Part shown: positions 12,881 to 24,958 of the stretch, one piece after another
How the letters are laid out: the number at the start of each line of letters is the position of its first letter
How positions within the stretch are numbered: the stretch's first letter is position 1
DNA from: Octopus bimaculoides
Lineage: Eukaryota
Length of the DNA stretch: 62,629 nucleotides
Assembly (NCBI RefSeq): GCF_001194135.2
Contig: NC_069006.1
Location: 4,014,423-4,077,051, forward strand
Reading direction: 5' to 3'
Position numbers and translations under genes: made by a program
Notes under the pieces: model-generated
The model's input: the letters and a program-made list of their open reading frames with translations, nothing else
Database searches by the model: none
Told to the model about the DNA's origin: nothing

Positions 12881-14150
12881 TTTCAAAATATATTTCCAAA
12901 AAGACTTTTCATATAAATTTGCCAAAATTTAATTTTTCCAAAATTTGTTATCCATATTTACAGTTGAAAAGATCTCAAGGATCGAAACCGGTGCTGTAAT
13001 GTTTTTTATANNNNNNNNNNNNNNNNNNNNNNNNNNNNNNNNNNNNNNNNNNNNNNNNNNNNNNNNNNNNNNNNNNNNNNNNNNNNNNNNNNNNNNNNNN
13101 NNNNNNNNNNNNNNNNNNNNNNNNNNNNNNNNNNNNNNNNNNNNNNNNNNNNNNNNNNNNNNNNNNNNNNNNNNNNNNNNNNNNNNNNNNNNNNNNNNNN
13201 NNNNNNNNNNNNNNNNNNNNNNNNNNNNNNNNNNNNNNNNNNNNNNNNNNNNNNNNNNNNNNNNNNNNNNNNNNNNNNNNNNNNNNNNNNNNNNNNNNNN
13301 NNNNNNNNNNNNNNNNNNNNNNNNNNNNNNNNNNNNNNNNNNNNNTATATATATATATGCATATACATACGTATATGTACATATTTACGTATATATACGA
13401 ATATGTACATACATCTATACGTATATATATGCGCACATCGACTCCATTATATATATATATAATGGAGTCGATGTGATGTATACACACACATGCACACACA
13501 CATATATAATGGGGTCGATGTGTTCGACTAAAACCTTTCGAAACGGAGTTACAGCATGGCCGCAGTCCACTGACTGAAAAAGTAAACGAGAAGAGATAAT
13601 GAGCTGAAACTATCTCCTCCTTTTATTGAGAATCATATCATTACATTTTCGTTTGTCTCTTTAACATGGAAGGAAAATAGAAGATAATTGTCTGTAAAGG
13701 AAGTAATTACATAAAGCACATTGAGACAATCAGCACATAACTTCTTTAACTTCATCATCTGAATTCACATCTACTGCTGGGCTCTACTGAGTAATTTTCC
13801 TTCGTTTTATATATTTTTTTTTTGAATTCTGTCGTCGGTTTGACCAATGAGGATTGCGCAAGAACAGTTGCACAGTGTTCCCAGTACGATCTTTTGCCAT
13901 ATTGTCTCATGTGGGAATCCAGAACCATCTGGTATTTGTAGAAACTGTTGCGATGTCGGAGATGCCTTGGTAATAAGAGCCTCTCCACTGAGCTCCATTC
14001 ATGTCTTCAGGTTTATCTTGGAGGTTATCCAGTAGGTCTCTACAATGTCTTTATACTGGAACAATGAGCAACCTTGGTACCTAGGAGCGGAGCTAAACCA
14101 ACCATAGAAGAGTACTTTAAGTAAGTGGGTGTACCATATGGTCAATCCAC

Positions 14151-14192
<42 letters not shown>

Positions 14193-14982
14193 NNNNNNNN
14201 NNNNNNNNNNNNNNNNNNNNNNNNNNNNNNNNNNNNNNNNNNNNNNNNNNNNNNNNNNNNNNNNNNNNNNNNNNNNNNNNNNNNNNNNNNNNNNNNNNNN
14301 NNNNNNNNNNNNNNNNNNNNNNNNNNNNNNNNNNNNNNNNNNNNNNNNNNNNNNNNNNNNNNNNNNNNNNNNNNNNNNNNNNNNNNNNNNNNNNNNNNNN
14401 NNNNNNNNNNNNNNNNNNNNNNNNNNNNNNNNNNNNNNNNNNNNNNNNNNNNNNNNNNNNNNNNNNNNNNNNNNNNNNNNNNNNNNNNNNNNNNNNNNNN
14501 NNNNNNNNNNNNNNNNNNNNNNNNNNNNNNNNNNNNNNNNNNNNNNNNNNNNNNNNNNNNNNNNNNNNNNNNNNNNNNNNNNNNNNNNNNNNNNNNNNNN
14601 NNNNNNNNNNNNNNNNNNNNNNNNNNNNNNNNNNNNNNNNNNNNNNNNNNNNNNNNNNNNNNNNNNNNNNNNNNNNNNNNNNNNNNNNNNNNNNNNNNNN
14701 NNNNNNNNNNNNNNNNNNNNNNNNNNNNNNNNNNNNNNNNNNNNNNNNNNNNNNNNNNNNNNNNNNNNNNNNNNNNNNNNNNNNNNNNNNNNNNNNNNNN
14801 NNNNNNNNNNNNNNNNNNNNNNNNNNNNNNNNNNNNNNNNNNNNNNNNNNNNNNNNNNNNNNNNNNNNNNNNNNNNNNNNNNNNNNNNNNNNNNNNNNNN
14901 NNNNNNNNNNNNNNNNNNNNNNNNNNNNNNNNNNNNNNNNNNNNNNNNNNNNNNNNNNNNNNNNNNNNNNNNNNNNNNNNNN

Positions 14983-15025
<43 letters not shown>

Positions 15026-17870
15026 CCAAATTAGATTGGTAGGGACATACAATCTTAGCGAGTACCGTATTCACTTTTACCAGTTAGTAATGCTGGCTAA
15101 CCTCCGTCAGTGTAGAAAAACTCCAGTTGCAGCAGAAACATATGTAGGTGCAGAATAAAACTGGTTATATAACTTTCTTTTCTCCTTATTATTAATATAT
15201 ACCAGCTGGCCCCGATCCGTCAAAAATCACGGCTAATTGTTGTATTTTATCTATAAATATGGATAATAAATCAAATTAATCCACTTGTCAATGTTGTCTA
15301 GTGGTTGTCTTTTGAGATGTGGCATCGATCATTGTTTGTTACTGAAAGAACACTGGTTCACACATACGTTCACATACTTCCCTTGTACACGCACACACAT
15401 ACACTCATTAAGAGTTGAAACGCTCCCACTACCAGTTTGCTATCACCTCTTCCTTATTCACCTATCACCCCTTCCTTTCTCATTCATGTGTTGTGACGCA
15501 GAAAAATACAAGAGTATTATTATAGTAGAAACACGGTGCAATGGGTAAATTGTCACCATTTTGAATTTTGAATTTCGCTCATGCGCATTGTTTGTATTTG
15601 ATTTTGTTGACTACATAGTATAATAGGGTCAGTTGAGCACCGTCTATGAGAAAAACAGCACCGTGACGCAATTCACTCTGCCAGAAATTTGGAAACGAAA
15701 TACTGTACTGCTTGGCATTTCACGCCGGAACCTCCAGTATGAACATTTCAGAGTGTTTGGGTGTCAATCCGAGGACAATGCAATCTAAGAACATGTACTG
15801 TGAGTGATAAAAATCAAACATCCAGTCAACATCATGGTGCTTGGAGTGATTACTAGTGATGGAAAAATTATGCCTCCATTCATCTTCCCACATGGCCTCA
15901 GACTCAACACAGAGGCCTACGTCAAGTGTCTTGAGGAGGTAGTGCTGCCCTGCGTCAAGAGGGTGGCTGCTGGAAGACCCTATGTCTGGCAACAGGACTC
16001 TGCACCATGCCACACAAGCAGGAAACCCCAGTCATAGCTGTCAGACAATTTGTGCGACCACATTAGCCCTAACATCTGGCCATCTAACTCCCCGGACTGT
16101 AACCCCCTAATTATTATGTGTGGGGCGCAGTTGAGTGAGAGACCAACAAAACTCCTTGTAATACCAAAGATGAATTAAGGGCAAGGATTATGGCAGCATT
16201 CGCCAACTTACGAGGAGACTATCCAGAAGAGTTGCAGAAGATTCCGAAGTCGTCTGAAGGCCGTAGCTGAAGCCAATGGCGATTTTATTGGCTAAATTTA
16301 CTCTTTAGTATTTCAAGATATTTTTGTGTAATTTTGGTAAATATAACTGTTAAAATGAGATGTTAGTGATATTTTCATTTTTACTTAATTTAGATGACAA
16401 TTCATTCACCATATCCTGTATATATACACATATATATGTGTATGTATATTTACATATGCATAAATACATATATACACATAAATACATATATACACATACA
16501 TAAACACACATACGTGTGAATGTGAGTATGTCTCATTTGCGTGTTCAATCGATACACATCTGGTCGTTGTGTATCGTTGAAGAAGTAAACTCTGTCAGAA
16601 AAAAAAGAATGGAAAAGAACAAAAGAAACAAAAAAAGCAGCACAAAAACAACAAAATTACCCTATATTTTCGTACAAAAGCATTCCCGTGTGATATTTGT
16701 TCCGCACCAAATTGCACAGATAATCTCTTGTCGGGCTGTCCCGTCATCAAAAATGCAATGAACCAGGAACTAAGTCCGCAGACGACCTGTAACCAAACGT
16801 TGCAGCCGCTATTGAACAGAATTGAGATATAAAAGTACAAACAACAAACACCATCAACTGTTAGTGTCCACGTCAACATGTAAATATAGAGATATATTTT
16901 ATCTGACCGTTAGACATGGTCGTATCTTACTGGCATCGAACATTGTACAGTGAGAGAAAGAGACATTAACGTTTCATGATTTAACCAATCGACAAGCAGG
17001 ACTTTGGTTGCCGGTAGCAACAGTTGAGCCTGAGAGATTAAACTTGAATGATCAACATTTTTATCTTTCTCACTCTCTCGTTCTATCTTTCTCACTCTCT
17101 CCTTCTTTGTCTCCCTTTCTCTCTCTCACAAACACTCGCTCTCACACAGTCTCTCTCTTACACACCTACTCTCTCTCTCATGCACACACACAAAGTTTCT
17201 TTCTGTATATCTATCAGTGTTTCCCCCCCCTCTCTCTTTCTCTTTCTCTCTCAATATCTCTATCCCTATCCCTCTTCCTATTGTCTCCTCTATCTTACTC
17301 TCTCAGTTCTATTTCCTTTCATCCTCGCCATTTTCTCTCTATCTCCCCACCCCTTATTTCTTTTCATTCGTAGTATTGTCTTCGATTCATGTAAACCTTT
17401 TTCCATCCCCTTCTTTCCATTCGTCCGTTCTCTCTCTTTTCTCTCACCCCTTTTATACCCCCATCTTCTTTCCTCTCTCTTCCCGCTCTCTCGCTTTACC
17501 TTCTCTCTTTTTTCTCTTTCTCAGCCTCATCTTTCTTCCCCCCACTCCTCTTTCTCTCTTCTACCCTTTCCTCTCCCCACCCTCTCTCTTATCTGACATT
17601 TTGAAATTACTTTCATCAATCTATAGATCTTACTTTCTATTTATTCTCCAGTCTCATTCCCCTCCACCATCGTCACCACCACCATGCAATTTCATACACT
17701 CCCCTCACCACCCCATTCTTTATTTTCCCCGTCTTTTCATCATGCACCCCCCCATCAATTTTCTTTCCATTTCCCTTCTAATCTGTCAGCAGGTTCCTTA
17801 ACGATCTCTCCCTTCAATCGTATTTACAGACCATGTGAACACATAAAACACACAAATACCACAGGTACGA

Positions 17871-17904
<34 letters not shown>

Positions 17905-18433
17905 ATACACATACACACACACACGTATACATGCATTTTCACAAACATACACATATACATTCACATTCACACACTCATATACACAAACACATTCACACGC
18001 TTATACATATAAACATACGCATGTAGACACACATGTAAACGGACACACAAATACACATAAGCAATTCGGTCAAGCAGAACCAAAATGGCTGAAACTACAA
18101 GTTTTATGCTGTGCTTCCGGAATTGGACAGCTTTCTTCCGTGCATTACAATAAATGAGCGCGCATATATATATATATATGAACTATTTACTGCTTTGATG
18201 TAAAAGAGCAACCGGTCTGAGAGAGATATGAATAACTGATTCTGTGTCCGTAACGAGCCAGAAACACATGCGTCCTACGGTCCGACAACGTCGTTCGTTG
18301 CCTAATGACGTGTCCTCACACATATTGTCTGTGGAGAGAATTTTTTTTCCCTGAGAATGTTTCTGCAGCGAAAGGTCTTTCCACGTTCGAGTGAAAATGA
18401 ATGTAACAAATATGAATGTACAAACATATACAC

Positions 18434-18523
<90 letters not shown>

Positions 18524-18828
18524 TTGTGTGTTTGCATGTGCGTATACATGTATGTATGTGCGTGCGTGTGCACATAGTGAATAAAAGGGGATTTAGAAAT
18601 CCGAACTGTATATATACTGTCTAACAGAGTATAGAGAAGTGGACAGTTTTCTTTTGAGGAAACTGTTCATAATTTGATGAGATGAACATGAATTGCATAT
18701 AGGCGCAGGAGTGGCTGTGTGGTAAGTAGCTTGCTTACCAACCACATGGTTCCGGGTTCAGTCCCGCTGCGTGGCACCTTGAGCCTTGTGAGTGGATTTG
18801 GTAGGTGGAAACTGAAAGAAGCCTGTCG

Positions 18829-18871
<43 letters not shown>

Positions 18872-19360
18872 GTTCTGTGTTTCTCCCCTCCAACATCGCT
18901 TGACAACCGATGCTGGTGTTTTTGCGCCCCCATAGCTTAGCGGTTTGGCAAAGAGACCGATAGAATAAGTACTAGGCTTACAAAGAATAAGTCCTAGGGT
19001 CGATTTGCTCGACTAAAGGCGGTGCTCCAGCATGGCTGCAGTCAAATGACTGAAACAAATAAAAGAATATATATATAAAATATATAGTTTTAGGGAAAAT
19101 AACCAAGTTTCAAGAACTCATCGATGAAAATCCACTATCACATATAGAAAAATTAACAATTAAAAGCACAATAAATGAGTATAATATAATACAAAGTAAA
19201 TATCTTTATCTTATGAAAACATCGATGAGTTCTTGAAACTTGGTTATTTTCCCTAAAACTATATATTTTATATATATTTTATCTATAAAGCTCAATTTAA
19301 TTTTGATTTTTTATAAATTGATTTTAATTGAGTTTTTACCTGTAATTTTGGATTTTGTTC

Positions 19361-19402
<42 letters not shown>

Positions 19403-19519
19403 GTTTGCATATTAATGTTTGTTCAGTTATACTAAAAACAATTTTACATAAACCTGATGGGTTACATTACGATGGCTTAGCTAGCCGAAATTTCGAAGTC
19501 ACTGTTCTTTTTTAAGATC

Positions 19520-19564
<45 letters not shown>

Positions 19565-19825
19565 TTGCTTTCTACACACACATGTATGTATATATGTGTG
19601 TATGAATGCATGTGTTTGTATATATGTATGTATGCATACATGTATGTATATATGTGTGTGTATGCACGTGTGTATGTATGCATGGATGTCTATATATGTG
19701 TATATATGTATGTATGTATATAGTGTAATACATGTATGTCAGTTCATGTGAGACAACATGTACATCAACATGCTCATCCAAGCAGTGTTGTGTGAGTGTA
19801 TATATATATATATGTAAACGTGCAA

Positions 19826-19894
<69 letters not shown>

Positions 19895-20570
19895 NNNNNN
19901 NNNNNNNNNNNNNNNNNNNNNNNNNNNNNNNNNNNNNNNNNNNNNNNNNNNNNNNNNNNNNNNNNNNNNNNNNNNNNNNNNNNNNNNNNNNNNNNNNNNN
20001 NNNNNNNNNNNNNNNNNNNNNNNNNNNNNNNNNNNNNNNNNNNNNNNNNNNNNNNNNNNNNNNNNNNNNNNNNNNNNNNNNNNNNNNNNNNNNNNNNNNN
20101 NNNNNNNNNNNNNNNNNNNNNNNNNNNNNNNNNNNNNNNNNNNNNNNNNNNNNNNNNNNNNNNNNNNNNNNNNNNNNNNNNNNNNNNNNNNNNNNNNNNN
20201 NNNNNNNNNNNNNNNNNNNNNNNNNNNNNNNNNNNNNNNNNNNNNNNNNNNNNNNNNNNNNNNNNNNNNNNNNNNNNNNNNNNNNNNNNNNNNNNNNNNN
20301 NNNNNNNNNNNNNNNNNNNNNNNNNNNNNNNNNNNNNNNNNNNNNNNNNNNNNNNNNNNNNNNNNNNNNNNNNNNNNNNNNNNNNNNNNNNNNNNNNNNN
20401 NNNNNNNNNNNNNNNNNNNNNNNNNNNNNNNNNNNNNNNNNNNNNNNNNNNNNNNNNNNNNNNNNNNNNNNNNNNNNNNNNNNNNNNNNNNNNNNNNNNN
20501 NNNNNNNNNNNNNNNNNNNNNNNNNNNNNNNNNNNNNNNNNNNNNNNNNNNNNNNNNNNNNNNNNNNNNN

Positions 20571-20608
<38 letters not shown>

Positions 20609-23600
20609 GAATAGGGGGAATATTTGGTTGTGTATGCATTTAAAATTGTGCTAAGCTTTTATTTATGTTATATATGTACTTTAAGTGGGTGTATGTGCGT
20701 GAGTGCGTGCGTGTGTGTGCGCGTGCGTGTGCGCGCGTATCTTTATTGACACAGCTAAGCGAATATCGATTTCGGTGCTTGAAAATATAATTCTTACTGT
20801 TTTGACTTCAGGTAAGACCTGCTCAATTAGATCGTTGATCAATGCCGTTCCCGATGTGGCTAACATGTCTGATATTCTGACATTGCATGTTTAGGACTAT
20901 AATATCCAATATTTCTCCTCCAATCTCAACCTGCTACTTCCAGCAATTCGTTAGATGTTCTCTCCCCTGTATTCAGATGTGAAGCCCCCTGCTTCATTTT
21001 TGCTTACACAGAAATCAGATAAAGTGTTGAAAGTCCCTAGAAGAGAGATCTTGGGTCCATCAATGAAACCCACAGAGGCAAGAATACACTAATTACTACA
21101 GCTTTCTCTAGGTTTGTTATCTGTCCCATAATTCTATTACCTCCCATAATTCTATTAACTGGAATTTTTTTATGAAACTTTGATTTCTAGCATAAAACAG
21201 CTTTAGAAACACGCTGGAATGATCAAAACAACATTTCAAAATAACATTTTAAATAGAAATAAGCGAGATATTGGGTGAAAAATTAGCAAACCTCATTTGA
21301 ATATCAGGGAAATATACCTAGTAGATCTAGCAAAAAGGTTAGATATGTGTAAATCATCATCATCATCGTCGTCGTTTAACGTCCGCTTTCCATGCTAGCA
21401 TGAGTTGGACGATTTGACTGAGGACTGGTGAAACCAGATGGCTACACCAGGCTCCAATCTGATTTGGTGGAGTTTCTACAGCTGGATGCTCTTCCTAACG
21501 CCAACCACTCAGAGAGTGTAGTGGGTGCTTTTTACGTGCCACCGGCACGAAGGCCAGTCAGGTGGTACTGGCAATGGCCACACTCAAAATGGTATATTTT
21601 ATGTTCCACCCGCACAAGAGCCAGTCCAGGTGTACTAGCAACGATCTCGCTTGAAAGTCCTTATTGACCGATAATTATGAAATTTGTAATCTTTAAGTGA
21701 TCTCATATGCGATCACTGGTAGGTAATGGGTTAAAGGCAGACTCTTCAATGCAAGCCATTCTTACCTCTCTTACATTTTAACAAATTCACTTTTCCATCT
21801 CTATCTTTCTCAATGGACGAAGGCTTGGCTGAAGAGGGGACAGTTTCCTTTCACTCCTGTATATCATACAAACTATTTGGCCATGGCCTCCATCTTAAAG
21901 AAAACTGTCCAAAAGAGGTAGTAGGCCCATCCTTAGGGTGGGTTCAAATGGGCAATGGATGTTCTACATACAGCATCAGCTGTTTCCGACATATCTGGCG
22001 TAGGAGTGGCTGTGTGGTAAGTAGCTTGCTTACCAACCACATGGCTCCGGGTTCAGTCCCACTGCGTGGCACCTTGGGCAAGTAAGTGTCTTCTACTATA
22101 GCCTTGGGCCGACCAAAGCCTTGTGAGTGTATTTGGTAGATGGAAACTGAAAGAAGCCCGTCGTATATATGTACATATATGTATGTGTGTGTATATGTTT
22201 GCGTGTCTGTGTTTGTCCTCTCAACATCGCTTGACAACCAATGCTGGTGTTTTTACGTCCCCGTAACTTAGCGGTTCGGCAAAAGAGTGACCGATAGAAT
22301 AAGTACTAGGCTTACAAAGAATAAGTCCTGGGGTCGATTTGCTCGACTAAAGGTGGTGCTCCAGCATGGCCACAGTCAAATGACTGAAACAAGTAAAAGA
22401 GTAAAGAGTAAAGAGTAAAGAGTAATACAACAATGCACAGACCCCGATTTAGTGCATCCTGAACGGTTTTATGGTTTTGTTGGTTTCTGATTTAGGCACA
22501 ACACTTGCAGTTTGAAGGGGACAGATTAGTCAAAGCCATTGGCCCAGTCCTCATTGGGTACATTGTCTTTTATCGATCCCTGAAGAATGAAAAGTAAAGC
22601 TGCACTCAGCGCGTTTTGAACACAAAGTGGCTCTTTAAGGGCCAAAAGAAACATCACAAGGTATTTTCTCTGACACATTTGAGAAATTGTGACGGAATGG
22701 ATAAATCAATTAAATCAACCCCCAGTGCATAACTGGTACTTATTTCATCGACCCCGAAAGAATGAAAGGCAAAGTCGTCCCTGGTAGAATTTCGTGATGG
22801 CACCTGTGCCCTGGCACGTGTAAAGACATTCAAGCGAGATCATTGCCAGTGCCGCTGGACTGGCTCCTGTGCAGGTGGCACGTAAAATACACCATTTCGA
22901 GCATGGCCGTTGCCAGTACCGTGTGACTGGCCCTTGTACCGGTGGCATGTAAAAGCACCCACTACACACTCGGAGTGGTTGGCGTTAGGAAGGGCATCCA
23001 GCTGTAGAAACTCTGCCAAATCAGATTGGAGCCTGGTGTCGCCATCTGGTCCACCAGTCCTCAGTCAAATCATCCAACCCATGATAGCATGGAAAGCGGA
23101 CGTTAAACGATGATGATGATGTAGTGATGGGGAAAAATACCACCAAGCATTTTGCCCAATAATTATTTTATCAGCTCCAAAAGAATGAAAGGAAAGTTGA
23201 ACTTGGTGGAATTTGAATTCTGAAACATAAGACGAATGAAATCCTGCTAAGCCTTCTGCCACACTAATACTGGTTTGAAATATTTGGCACAAGACCAGCA
23301 ATTTCAGAGGAGGGGGCAAGTTGATTACACTGATCCCAGTGCTCAACTAGTACTTATTTTATCGACCCCTGAAAGGATAAAAGGCAAAGTTATCCTCGGC
23401 TGAATTTGAACTTAGAGCATAAAGCCAGGAGAAATGCTGCTAAATATTTTACCTGGCGTGCTAGCAAATGATTCTGCCATTATAGCAATAATAACAATAA
23501 CAACAAGAATGATGATGATGATGATGATGATGATGACGACGATGAGGACGATGATGATGACGATGACAGCGACGATGATGATAATAATCCTTTACACTAT

Positions 23601-23860
23601 AGGCACAAAGCCTGAAATTTTGGGGAGGTGGATAGTCGATTACATCGACCCCAGTACTCAACTGGTACTTGTTTTATCCACGCCCAAAAGGATGAAAGGC
23701 AAAGTTGACCTCGGTGGAATTTGAACTCAGAACGTAAAGCCAGGATAAAACACTGCCAAGCATTTCACCCAGCTAGCTAACAAACGATTCTGCCGGCTCG
23801 CCACCCTAACCTTTATAACAATAATAACAACAAGAATGATGATGGTGATGATGATGATGG

Positions 23861-23900
<40 letters not shown>

Positions 23901-24291
23901 AAAGGAGAAGGAGCGTCTTCCTTTATTACTAACTACAAGTCCTTTCTATTGGCTTGCAATGTTACATTAATGGTGCATTCATAGCTAGTTTTGCATTATA
24001 CATTTTACATTATGCACTTTTCATTACAGTATCGTTTGCTTTTGTGTAGCGAGCTGTATTTTCTCTTGATATTTTATTTCGTTTTATTTTACACACCATT
24101 GCAAGAGAGAAGAGAACAAAGGTTGTTTAGCATTATAAGGCGAATGTGCTTTGCCGAGTTGCATTTCTCTCTTTGTGTCGAATACTTGTGTGTATGAAAG
24201 GACCGAGTGAAGTGGCGAGGAATGAGAAGGAACATACATGGATGGATGGATAGATAGATAGATAGAGAGATAGATAGATAGATAGATAGAT

Positions 24292-24326
<35 letters not shown>

Positions 24327-24532
24327 TGTAGGTAGGTAGGTAGGTAGGTGATAGATAGATATATAGATAGATAGATAGATAGACAGATAAACAGAGAGGT
24401 AGATAGATAGGCAAATGGAGAGGTAGATATATTGGTAGATGGATAGATGGATAGATGGATAGATAAAGATGTAGATAACTAGACAGATGAATGATGGACG
24501 GATAGATAGATAGATAGATTGGTATATATTTA

Positions 24533-24587
<55 letters not shown>

Positions 24588-24907
24588 AGATAGATAGATA
24601 GAAAGACTATTTTATGTATATATATGTGTGCGTGTGTGTATGTATGTATTTATGCATGTATGAACGTATGTATGTATTGATAGGTAAATATCTTTTTATT
24701 ATAGCCACACAGGGCTAAATACAGGTAAATAGATAGATAAGTAGAATGGTAGACAGACAGACAAACAGATAGTTAGATAGATACACTGAGAAATGGAAGG
24801 AGAGATGGATAAATGCATAAATAGAAAGAGAGACATGTTCATAAGGTGATAGATAGATGTACAGACAGATGAATAGTTAGATAAATGCATTCATAGATAG
24901 GTGTGTG

Positions 24908-24958
<51 letters not shown>

